Source: Raja brachyura (Eukaryota). From it: 64,000 nt of DNA. Below, piece by piece: positions 14,040 to 25,371 of the stretch (position 1 is its first letter; each line of letters opens with the position of its first letter). A model generated the notes under the pieces. That model was given only the letters and a program-made list of their open reading frames with translations, was not told where the DNA came from and did not search any database. The stretch is from positions 10,292,001 to 10,356,000 of the forward strand of contig OY740814.1 of NCBI GenBank assembly GCA_963514005.1, given 5' to 3'. Made by a program: the position numbers and the translations under genes.

Positions 14040-14490
14040 TCACCGGCCCGGGTGTTTTTACCCAACAGTGCTCGTGTGGGATCGTTCCGTGTCTGAACAA
14101 GGGTTCAGTCAGCGTGACAAGCGACTTACTTTGGTGGTGTTTTGGAGGGATTTTCCTGCTGTTGTGAGATGTACCCACGGCAGGCCGGCCGGCCCTCAGC
14201 ACCGACCGGCCGCTGCTGGGTGACCGACCGGAAGTGCTGCCTGGTCGGGAGCGCGGGCCGGGGCCTGGCCTCCTCACGCCGCGGACGGTTTATGAGTGAG
14301 CGGGCGAGTTGGCGCGAGCGGAGGCCGGGCGACACCTCCCCGCGCGCCCCTGCTCATGTGGCCCATTTTACCTGTCGTCAGCGGGCGCTCGCGGCAGTGA
14401 CCGTTATTTGGCGCCTCCGCCGCGCGTGCCCGCTGCCTGGTAACGGGGCCGGGCGGGCGAGCGAGCGCCTGCCTGCCTGCCTGCCTCAGG
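14040..14490 (+). promoter_or_regulatory. CpG-island promoter / 5' UTR of ABHD17C
   Basis: Dense CpG in an otherwise CpG-poor window. ETS-type CCGGAAGTG at 14228-14236, GC boxes, no TATA. Directly precedes the ATG. Confidence 0.8.
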
Positions 14491-14951
14491 ATGAATGGCT
14501 TCTCTCTCAGCGAGCTGTGCTGGCTTTTCTGCTGCCCTCCGTGCCCGAGCCGCATCGCAGCCAAGCTCGCTTTCCTCCCCCCCGAGCCCACCTACACGGT
14601 GCTGGTGGAGGAGGCGAGCAACACTTTGCACCTGTCGGAACGGGCCGACTGGCAGTACACGCAGCGGGAGCTCGACTCGCTGGAGGTCTTCTTCACCCGC
14701 ACCAGCCGCGGCACCCGCATCGGCTGCATGTTCGTCCGCTGCGCCCCGAGCTCCCGCTACACGCTGCTCTTCTCGCACGGCAACGCCGTGGACCTGGGCC
14801 AGATGTGTAGCTTCTACATCGGCCTGGGCTCCCGCATCAACTGCAACGTCTTCTCCTACGACTACTCGGGTTACGGAGCCAGCAACGGGAAACCGTCCGA
14901 GAAGAACCTTTACGCTGACATTGACGCAGCGTGGACGGCGCTAAGGACAAG
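14491..14951 (+). CDS. ABHD17C: ABHD17C depalmitoylase, coding exon 1
   Basis: [35 protein letters not shown]...[25 protein letters not shown]. The ELCWLF and QMCSF residues favour the C paralogue. Donor AG|GTCAGA, phase 2. Confidence 0.96.
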
Positions 14952-15044
14952 GTCAGAGCGTGGAGCAACTGTGCTGGAAGGAGGTTGGGCCCGTGGGGGG
15001 AGGGATTTGGGTTGGGGGACGAGGCAAGGGTGGGGAGAAGGGGG

Positions 15045-17790
15045 AATTGCGGGGCAGATGTGTCGGGTTAGGGAATTAAAGTGAATTGGGGAGGGGGATG
15101 CGTCAGGTTTGAGAATGGGGAGATTGTGGGGCAGATGTGAGGTTAGGGGATGGGGAGATTGTAGGACAGATGTGTCGGATTCAGGGATGGGGAGACTGTG
15201 GGGCAGATGTGTCTGGTTCGGGGATGGGGAGATTGTGGGGCAGATGTGAGGTTCGGGGATGGGGAGATTGTGGGGCAGATGTGTCTGGTTCGGGGATGGG
15301 GAGATTGTGGGGCAGATGTGTCTGGTTCGGGGATGGGGAGATTGTGGGGCAGGTGTCTGGTTTGGGGATGGGGAGATTGTGGGGCAGATGTGAGGTTGGG
15401 GGATGGGGAGATTGTAGGGCAGATGTGTCGGGTTCAGGGATGGGGAGATTGTAGGGCAGATGTGTCGGGTTCAGGGATGGGGAGATTGTGGGGCAGATGT
15501 GTCGGGTTCGGGGATGGGGAGATTGTGGGGCAGGTGTGTCTGGTTCGGGGATGGGGAGATTGTGGGGCAGATGTGAGGTTAGGGGATGGGAAGATTGTAG
15601 GACAGATGTGTCGGGTTCAGGGATGGGGAGATTGTGGGGCAGATGTGTCTGCTTCGGGGATGGGGAGATTGTGGGCAGATGTGTCTGGTTCGGGAATGGG
15701 GAGATTGTGAGGCAGATGTGTCTGGTTCAGGGATGGGGAGATTGTAGGGCAGATGTGAGGTTAGGGGATGGGGAGATTGTAGGACAGATGTGTCGGGTTC
15801 AGGGATGGGGAGATTGTGGGACAGATGTGTCTGGTTCGGGGATGGGGAGATTGTGGGGCAGATGTGAGGTTAGGGGATGGGAAGATTGTAGGACAGATGT
15901 GTCGGGTTCGGGGATGGGGAGATTGTGGGGCAGATGTGTCTGGTTCGGGGATGGGGAGATTGTGGGGCAGATGTGTCTGGTTCGGGGATGGGGAGATTGT
16001 GGGGCAGATGTGTCTGGTTCGGGGATGGGGAGATTGTGGGGCAGGTGTCTGGTTTGGGGATGCGGAGATTGTGGGGCAGATGTGAGATTGGGGGGATGGG
16101 GAGATTGTAGGGCAGATGTGTCGGGTTCAGGGATGGGGAGTTGTGGGGCAGATGTGTCGGGTTCAGGGATGGGGAGATTGTGGGGCAGATGTGTCGGGTT
16201 CGGGGAGATTGTGGGGCAGGTGTGTCTGGTTCGGGGATGGGGAGATTGTGGGGCAGATGCGTCTGGTTCGGGGATGGGGAGATTGTGGGGCAGATGTGAG
16301 GTTAGGGGATGAGGAGATTGTAGGGCAGATGTGTCTGGTTCAGGGATGGGGAGATTGTGGGGCAAGTGTGTCTGGTTCGGGGATGGGGAGATTGTGGGGC
16401 AGATGTGTCTGGTTCGGGAATGGGGAGATTGTGGGGCAGATGTGCTGGTTCAGGGATGGCGAGATTGTGGGGCAGATGTGTCTGGTTCAGGGATGGGGAG
16501 ATTGTGGGGCAGGTGTGTCTGGTTCGGTGATGGGGAGATTGTGGGCAGGTGTGTCTGGTTCGGGGATGGGGAGATTGTGGGGCAGATGTGTCTGGTTCGG
16601 GGATGGGGAGATTGTGGGGCAGATGTGAGGTTAGGGGATGGGGAGATTGTAGGGTAGGTGTGTCGGGTTTAGGGATGGGGAGATTGTGGGGCAGATGTGT
16701 CTGGTTCGGGGATAGGGAGATTGTGGGGCAGATGTGTCTGGTTCGGGGATGGGGAGATTGTGGGGCAGATGTGTCTGGTTCGGGGATGGGGAGATTGTGG
16801 GGCAGATGTGTCTGGTTCGGGGATGGGGAGATTGTGGGGCAGATGTGTCTGGTTCGGGGATGGGGAGATTGTGGGGCAGATGTGAGGTTAGGGGATGGGG
16901 AGATTGTAGGGCAGGTGTGTCAGGTTTAGGGATGGGGAGATTGTGGGGCAGATGTGTCTGGTTCGGGGATAGGGAGATTGTGGGGCAGATGTGTCTGGTT
17001 CAGGGATGGGGAGATTGTGGGGCAAGTGTGTCTGGTTCGGGGATGGGGAGATTGTGGGGCAGATGTGTCTGGTTCGGGAATGGGGAGATTGTGGGGCAGA
17101 TGTGCTGGATCAGGGATGGGGAGATTGTGGGGCAGGTGTCTGGTTCGGTGATGGGGAGATTGTGGGGCAGATGTTTCGGGGATGGGGAGGTTGTGGGACA
17201 GATGTGAAGTTAGGGGATGGGGAGATTGTGGGGCAGATGTGTCTGGTTCGGGGATGGGGAGATTGTGGGGCAGATGTGTCTGGTTCGGGGATGGGGGGAT
17301 TGTGGGGCAGATGTGAGGTTAGGGGATGGGGAGATTGTAGGGCAGATGTGTCGGGTTTAGGGATGGGGAGATTGTGGGGCAGATGTGTCTGGTTCGGGGA
17401 TAGGGAGATTGTGGGGCAGATGTGTCTGGTTCGGGAATGGGGAGATTGTGGGGCAGATGTGAGGTTAGGGGATGGGGAGATTGTGGGGCAGATGTGTCTG
17501 GTTCAGGGATGGGGAGATTGTGGGGCAGATGTGTCTGGTTCAGGGATGGGGAGATTGTGGGGCAGGTGTGTCTGGTTCGAGGATGGGGAGATTGTGGGGC
17601 AGGTGTGTCTGGTTCGGGGATGGGGAGATTGTGGGGCAGATGTTTCGGGGATGGGGAGGTTGTTGGGCAGATGTGAGGTTAGGGGATGGGGAGATTGTAG
17701 GGCAGATGTGTCGGGTCGGGGGATGGCGAGATTGGAGGCAGATGTGTCTGGTTCGGGGATGAAGGGGTTGGGGGGGGTGGGCAGATGTGT
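15045..17790 (+). repeat. G-rich minisatellite, 35-37 bp unit, roughly 75 copies, in ABHD17C intron 1
   Basis: Consensus GGGGCAGATGTGTCTGGTTCGGGGATGGGGAGATTGT (37 bp) interspersed with a 35-bp variant carrying GAGGTTAGGGG. It explains all repetitive ORFs at 15.1-17.9 kb. Confidence 0.97.
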
Positions 17791-17989
17791 GTGGTTAGGG
17801 GGTGATGAGAATGGGGGTGGCATTTGTTGGGATGGGGTGATTGGGGGGGAAGATGTGTTAGGACAGTGGATGGAGGGGATTTATGGGGTAGAAGTGTTGG
17901 GGAGAGTTGGGGTGGAGATGTTGGGTTAGGGGTCTAAGAAGTGGAGCTGGGTTGTGGAACGGGAAGAAGAGGGGTCAGGTTGGAAGGGG

Positions 17990-18900
17990 AGGAGTCATAG
18001 CGTCATACAGCATGGAAACAGATCCTTGGGCTCAATTTGCCTATGCCAACCAAGATGCCCTATCTACACAAGTCCTGTCTGCCTATGTTTGGTCCATATC
18101 CCTAAAAACATTTCCTACCCATGTTCCTGTCCAAATTTAATTTAAATGTTGTTATAGTACCTGCCTTGATTACCTCCTCTGGCAGTTTGTTCGTTGTACC
18201 TACTACCCTCTGTGTAGAAAATGTTGACCCTCGGGTGCCTATTAAATCTTTTCCCTCTCAGCTTAAACCAATGTCCTGAAGTTCTTGATTTTCCTACTCT
18301 GGGTAAAGGCCTTTGTGCATTCACCCTAACTATCCCCCACATTATCTTATATACCTCTATAAGATAATCCCTCAGCCTCCTGCACTCCAAAGAATAAAAT
18401 ATTTGCATGCCCTACCTCCTATAACTCAGGCCCTCAAGTCCTGGCAACATCCTTGTAAGTCGTCACTGCTCTGTTTCCAGCTGAACAACATCCTTCAAAC
18501 AGCAGGGTGACCAAAACTGGACACAATGTTTCAAATGTGGCCTCATCAACATTGTGTACATCAGTGACATAACATCCTAACTTCTATACTCAATACCTTG
18601 ACTGATGAAAGCTAATGCACCAAACGCCCTCGTGACCACCTGATCTACCTGCGACATCACTTACGATATGTATGTGCACTCCAAGATCCCTCCCCTTGCC
18701 ATTCACTGATGGTCCTGCCCTGGTTTGACTTCCCAAATGTACCACCTCACACTTATCTGCATTAAACTTCATTGACCATTCCTCAGCCCACTTGCCCAAG
18801 TGGTCAATAACCTGTTGCAATTTTTGATTATCATCCTCAAATCATCTGTAAACTTACTAATCACCTTATACTTTTTCATCCAAATAATTGATATAAATCA
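17990..18900 (-). mobile_element. CR1-like LINE 3' fragment
   Basis: Minus translations KWAEEWSMKFNADKCEVVHLG and RRLRDYLIEVYKIM. CR1 tail near 18000-18060. Confidence 0.85.
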
Positions 18901-18917
18901 CTAACAACACACTAGGC

Positions 18918-19062
18918 GGGGTGGAAGATTGCAACCTTCACGTGGTCCGCCCTGTTTCGACTAATGCAATCAACTCGACGTGCACATACAGAAGATCAAA
19001 TAGAACAAGTTGTCCAACATCTTTAGGCTGTGCACGCCACACAAAAGAAGAAGAAGAAGAAG
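18918..19062 (+). mobile_element. Short retroposon insertion with (GAA)n tail and 12-bp TSD
   Basis: AACACACTAGGC at 18906-18917 and 19063-19074. The insert ends in (AAG)6. Confidence 0.8.
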
Positions 19063-19079
19063 AACACACTAGGCTTGGA

Positions 19080-21200
19080 TAGAATGGATATGGTGACGAA
19101 CTGAACACAATATTCTAAATGCCGTCTCACCATCGTCTTATATAACTACAACATGACCTCCTAATTTCTATACTCAATACTCTGACTGATGAAGGCCCAA
19201 ATGCCAAAAGCCATTTGGACCACCTTATCTACCTGTGACTCTACCTTCAAGGAACCATACACCTGTACTCCTAGATCCCTTTGCTCAACAACACTACTCA
19301 GATGCCTACCAATGCCCTTGTTTGACATCCCAAAATGCAACACCTCACACTTCTCTGCATTTAATTCCATCAACCGTTCCTTCGACCACCTGGCCAATTG
19401 ATCCAGATCCTGCTGCAATCTTTCACAACCATCTTCACTATTTGCAAAACCAATCACTTTTGTATCATCAGCAAACTTGCTAATCTTGCCCTGTATGTTC
19501 TCATCCAAATCATTGATGTAGATGACAAGCAGTAACGGGCCCAGCACCGAACCATGAGGCACACCACTAGTCACAGGCCTCCAGTCCGAGAAGCACCCTT
19601 CAACCATTACCCTCTGCTTCCTTCCATGGAGCCAATTTGCTATCCATTCAGCTATCTCTCCTTGCATCCCATGCGATCTAACCTTCCAGAGCAGCCTACC
19701 ATGCAAAACCTTGTCAAATACCTTACTGAAATCCATGTACACAACATCTACAGTTCTTCCCTCGTCTACCTTTTTGGGCACGTCTTCAAACAAATCAATC
19801 AGATTTGTGAGACACGACCTCCCATGTACAAAACCATGCTGACTATCCATAATCAGCCCTTGCCCACCCAAATGCCTGTACAACCTATCCCTCAGAATAC
19901 TCTCTAGTAACTTTCCAACTACAGATGTTAAGCTCACCGGCCTATAGTTCCCAGCATTTTCCCTGCAGCCCTTCTTGAACATTTGCCACCCTCCAGTCTT
20001 CCAGTACCTCTCCTGTATTTAAGTACGACTTAAATTTCAACCAGAGCTCCGGCAAATTTCCTCTCTAGTTTCCCGCAATGTCCTCTGATATATCTCATCA
20101 AACCCTGGAGATTTGTCTACGTTCATACACAACAGTACCTTTAGTACTACTTCAACGGTAACACTGTTACCAGCTGCTGTTACTAACGGTAACTGCTCTC
20201 AAGACACTTCCATTGCCCAACTTTGCCCAAAGTTCCTCCATCCTATTGTCTTTCTCCTCGGTAAATACAGAGGAGAGATATTCATTGAGGACCTTGTCCA
20301 TCTCCTGTGGCTCTACACAGAGGTGACTGCTTTGATTCCTGAGAGGTCCCACTCTCTCTCTCTAGTTACCATTTCCCCCCTTATGTATTTATAACATATT
20401 TTGGGATTGTCCTTAAGCTACCCGCCAGAGCTATGTCCTGGCCCCTTATTGCCCTTTTGATCTCCTTTTTCAATGTATTTATTTCCTGAAACTCTTCCAG
20501 GGAGGCACTTGATCTCAGCTGCCTATACCTGCCCCATGCATTCTTCTTGTTTTTGACCAATGCCTCAATTTCCCTCATCAGCTCAGCTTCCTTACGTTGG
20601 CCTGCTTTGCCCTTCACTCTAACGGGGATGTACATATCCTGAGCTTTCGTCAGCATACATTTAAAAACATCCCACTTGGCCAATGTTCCTTTCCCCTCAA
20701 ATAACCTGGCTCCAGTCAACTTGAGCGAGACCTTTCATACCCTCAAAGTTGGCCTTACTCCATTTGAACACATGGATCCTAACCGTCCCTATCCATAACT
20801 ATCTTAAACCTAATCGAACTGTGGTCACTGGTCCCAAAAGGCTCCTCCACAAAAACTTAATTAACCTGACCTTCCCAATTTCCCAATACTAGTTCCAGCG
20901 TTGGCTTCTCACATGTGGGGGCCTCTACATTCTGCTTAATAAAACTCTCCTGAACAGTTTTGAGGAATTTCACCTCATTTGAACCCTTCACGCTATGATT
21001 TTTCCCAGTTTATATTCGGAAAGTTGAAATCCACTACTACAACAACCTTACTTGACCTGCAGCTGTCTGCAATCTACTGGAATATTTGTTCTTCTAATTC
21101 CCGTTGACTATTCAGGGGTCTGTAGTACACCCCCAACAAGGTGACCATCCCTTTTTTGTTCCTCAGCTTCCCCCCTTTAGCCTCACTAGACGAACCGTCC
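19080..21200 (-). mobile_element. CR1-like LINE ORF2 (endonuclease-linker-RT), degraded
   Basis: ORF 19161-19982 has NYRPVSLTSVVGKLLE, QHGF..GRSCLTNL, YMDFSKVFDKV, GVPHGSVLGPLL, KFADDTK. Collinear upstream fragments at 20.1-21.2 kb. Confidence 0.95.
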
Positions 21201-22306
21201 ATAATGTGACCTCTTCAATAGTTGTTATTGAATTCAGGTTTGAGGCACCCTGTTGTTAATGCCCCTTTTAATTGTGACCAGTTATTATTATGGAAAATAA
21301 AATGTTCAGTTTGGCAAGTGTGCATGAATCTTGAGTGCTGGAATTGCATTAATTATGCAAAGTAGAAGATATCTCATTGATGTTGATGAGAATGATCAGG
21401 AGAGGTCCAGAAGGACAAATGTAAGGTGATATTGGATAGGAAACCCCAACAGGCCATAAGGAGGGGATTCCTGTTTAGATGACTCACAGTTCCAGCAAAT
21501 ACAATTCTAACCTAACCTGTAGTGGAGTTCTCTTAAATCACAGAAAGGAAATAGTCACAGCTCTCAAACTTAACTGTAAGGCCAGGGGAAAAAGTAGACA
21601 CACCAGGGGAGCTCAAACATTCTTATGACTCTCTTCATTGTGGCCTCCTTGCTCTTTACCACAGTAAAAGTTCTGGCAAGGGTTCTACCCTTGCCTTCCA
21701 ATGATCAAAGTGATGCTTCTGAATCTGTGTAGATTCTGTCAATCTAAAAGTCGAATGGGCCTGATCGTCATTTGCATGACAACTCCAAGAGAATTGCAGG
21801 GTTTGCTGACTCTTAACTTCATAAAAATGCGAGTAAAATCATTGAATCATATTAAGATCTTCAGGGGCTTGACACGTAGATGTGCAGTAAATATTTCCTC
21901 TAACTGGGGTGTGTAGCTCAAGGCTGTATATAAAAACACGAGGAAAACACTTGCCATGCAGTGTGATTGGAATCTGGAATGCATTGCATACATATGTGGT
22001 GGAGGCTGCTTTCCTTATAGGTTTCAAGAGGGAAAAAAATTAATGGTGAGTAAACATTTGCAAAGCTACAGAGGGAGGTTGAAGGAGGGAGGATGATGTG
22101 CAAATAATGAGTTGCTCTGATGGAAAGCTGGTGGGGGCATGATGGGTTGAATAGCTTTCTTATTCTGTGGCCATTCAATAATTCCATGAAACAGTGTTAG
22201 AGTAGGGTGGTTAAAGGTATAAATACATTTAGCATTGTATTTGGAATAATTGGAACGGAGTTTCATTTACTTTGTTCAAATCTGAGATTTGTCAATTTTC
22301 TTTCAG

Positions 22307-22486
22307 GTATGGTGTTAGTCCAGAGAACATTATTCTGTATGGTCAGAGTATTGGCACGGTTCCAACAGTTGATCTTGCATCCCGTTATGAATGTGCAGCT
22401 GTTATCCTTCATTCGCCTCTTATGTCTGGCCTGCGTGTGGCCTTCCCTGATGCCAGGAAAACATTCTGTTTTGATGCATTTCCAAG
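22307..22486 (+). CDS. ABHD17C: ABHD17C coding exon 2 (nucleophile GQSIG)
   Basis: Acceptor ttttctttcag|G. Encodes [53 protein letters not shown]. Donor AG|GTATGT, 180 nt, phase 2-2. Confidence 0.97.
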
Positions 22487-23539
22487 GTATGTGCTGATAA
22501 AGTTGGTGATCCGAATTACTAAATCTTTGTTCATTTGTACAATTTCAACCCTTAATTAAATAGAGAACACTCAAAATTGGGCACATGCCAATGTACCCAA
22601 TTTTGCGACATGCTGGATTAACTCATTAAGAAAATGCAATCCGTGGTTTAATCACATTTAAGATACAGAAACGCATTTAGTAATTCAAGTAATTTTCTAC
22701 TTCTTTTCCCTTCGACCCTCTATTAAATACAGGTTATCCAACAACATGGCAGGTTGTTCATATTAAGTCACATACAAATGTGTATTAGCAAGAACAGATC
22801 CAAGTAAATTAGCTGTTAATATTCTTATCTGTTTGGGTTTAGTAAAATAACAGGTATGTACAAAAGGCAGTAGATTAAAACACAGATTATTAAATTCTGA
22901 AGAAAAGTTACTTATTTAGACATTTTTTGCTGAATCGAATGATTCCTTGGGTTGCTGTGCTGTGTTTGCCGTGGAGACAAATCCAGTCATCATCGCTGCT
23001 TGTGAAAGAGAGACTACGTAAATGGAATTCTGTTCTTTTCCTTGTTTTACATAAATGAAAATAATCAATGTCAGAAAATCTACTGTTATTTTGCGTTGAT
23101 CCAAAGCTATACAGTGAGTTCTGTTATGAAAAATATTCTGTGAATTGACTGTGTATACCTCATCAAAAAAATGTGGATTCCAGGGCCAAATTCATACTCC
23201 GAACTATGGAATATCCTGGCCAAAAATGGTGCCAGTAGGAAACCCCATGAACTTTAAGCTATACATTCTGGCATAATATAGGCATTTCAGTAGAGACTTG
23301 TTATTTTTATGTAAACAGTCTAATGTTTGTATTTATTGTTCCATAAACCCTGGTCAATACTAAGTATTGCTTGGCTTAGAGCAGCAAATAAGATGTTGCA
23401 GATAACGAAAACTGAAATTTTAAGTTTGCATGTGCTGGAATGTGTGTCACTTTAGGGGAGGAATTCATGAAATGAATACACAACTGTCCAAGGTGGAGTG
23501 ATTAACACTGGACATTCAGCAGGCCAGAGCCTGAGAAGT

Positions 23540-23675
23540 ATTGTGTAGGACGGAACTGTAAATGCTGGTTTAAATGCAGTCTGAAGAAGGATCTCAACTC
23601 GAAATGTCACCCATTCCTTCTCTCCTGAGATGCTACCTGTCCTGCTGAGTTACTGCAGTTTTTTTGTGTCTATCC
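23540..23675. mobile_element. Penelope-derived short repeat with short inverted 5' part
   Basis: gtctgaagaaggatctcaactcgaaatgtcacccattcc...gctgagttact preceded by an inverted tail fragment. Confidence 0.7.
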
Positions 23676-24870
23676 AGAGAAGCATTGATGCTTCCTGGGC
23701 TGGACAAGCAAAACATCCAGGGATTGAAGTCACAGGAATTTGAAAATTGTGTGAATGTTAATATTGAAGAATGCTTAACCATGAACTAGTTTGGATCAGT
23801 ATGTATGTGGCAAGTGGACTGGATATGAATTAGGACATGTGTAGCTTATTGGTAGATTCTGATGAGAGGAAATTTAGTAAGTTAATGAGAAGGAAGAAAT
23901 TGAAATGCAGTGTGATGAAATGGTTATTGACAATGAGAGTCTGTCAGGAAGTTGCAGTGAAAACAAACATGATTATACCAGGAATTAGAGTAGGAGCAGG
24001 GAAAAAAAGAATACAAACAAAAAGTTCTATGTTGACGCATGCAGGATTTGAAACATGAAAAATAACTCATGACCCTTGCAGAAATAAGTGATACTGTCCA
24101 CTAGCCTTTACTGAGTGACAGTGGAAAGTGGCAAAGGTTGGGAACAAAATCTTACAGGATATTGTGAGGAGATGCAAAATGGAAAAGAGATGGGAATTAC
24201 TGATTTGTACAAATGACCTAAAAGCAGTGGAAAGGAAGGATCTTAGTTCAGTAAATCAAGAAGTAGTCACTTTGGATAGAACTAAGAAACAGCCAAGGGC
24301 AGAAAACATTCTGAGTTATCTATAGGCTCCCAAAATGTCATGCTAATGCGGGGCAAAGTATTGATTGAAATTTAGAGATGCATTAACATACAATAATTAT
24401 GTATAACACTAACATACAATAATTGTGGGAGACACTAATTTGCGAAACCAGAGGAATAGTGAAGTTAAATTCATGGTGATTCAAGAGAGAGTTTTTCTGG
24501 TTATGTTTGTTGACGAAGCAACAAAGGAACAGGTTAGTTTTGATTGAGTGACCTCACAGTAGCTGTCCAAAGACTCCTGAAGTTAACATTTGATCCTAAT
24601 CAAGTTTAGCAATGATTCTAACAAATATGAAGTTTAATAATCAATTTATCAACTTTTTCATTTATTTTAAACTATTTTATTGAAAAGTTGCTATTAAAAA
24701 ATGCCAAAGCAGAATTGAGTGAAATGAATTTCATCAAACATTGATACCCATTGGGGAAAAATGTGGGACATTCCCCTTCTCTCATTTCTCCTAACGGGTG
24801 TTTCAAAAGTTGTGAACCTGTGTCCTATGCAATAAATAATTAACTTTTAAATGATGTATCGCAGAGTAAT

Positions 24871-25371
24871 GGGGCTGTCCCACTTGGGCGACCTAATCCG
24901 CGAGTTCTGGCGAGTTTGCCCTCGACTCATACTCGCAGCATGGTCGAAACGAGGTAATAGGAGGTCTTCGTAACTCTCCTTCATGCTCAAGAGTGGTCTC
25001 CGCATACTCGAGGCCTCAGCTAGGTCGCGGCTTTTTAAAAAATATGTTAAAAAATGCCCGCGAGTAAAACAAGGTCACCAAGGAAAAAAATCGATACTTT
25101 TTTTACTCATAGGTTTAGTTGTAGTAGGTCGGCATGTTAGTCGTGGGTAGCCGTAGATAGTCTTCATCATAGTCGAAGGGAGATCGAAGGAGGTCATCTT
25201 CATTCTCCACTATTCGGTGTAAAATTTTCCCGAAGTTAGTCGTAGCTACTCGAAGCTGGTCTTCAACATAGCCGAAGGATGTCTTCTACATAGTTGAAGG
25301 AGATCTTCAACTTGTCATTTTTTCAAACTCTTCTAAACTCCCCAATTAGGTCGCCCAAGTGGGACAGCCCC
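24871..25371. mobile_element. MITE / non-autonomous DNA transposon with 27-bp perfect TIRs (possibly PIF/Harbinger)
   Basis: GGGGCTGTCCCACTTGGGCGACCTAAT (24871-24897) and its exact reverse complement (25345-25371). Internal GTCGAAG/GTCGTAG subrepeats, no ORF. Confidence 0.9.

Noticed and set aside
14142-14944. Overlapping alternative-frame ORFs (222 aa, 149 aa) around ABHD17C exon 1
   Set aside because: Expected in stop-poor CpG-island DNA. Only the 14491 frame is homologous to a known protein.
15045-17790. CRISPR-like periodicity (37-bp repeat)
   Set aside because: Units are directly tandem with no unique spacers, there are no cas genes, and the context is a eukaryotic intron.
15137-17929. 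Many long Gly/Trp/Cys-rich ORFs
   Set aside because: They are translations of the 35-37 bp minisatellite in all frames. The region is intronic.
22572-22605. Short palindrome CAAAATTGGGCACAT..ATGTACCCAATTTTG
   Set aside because: Too short for a pre-miRNA. Probably a decayed MITE piece.
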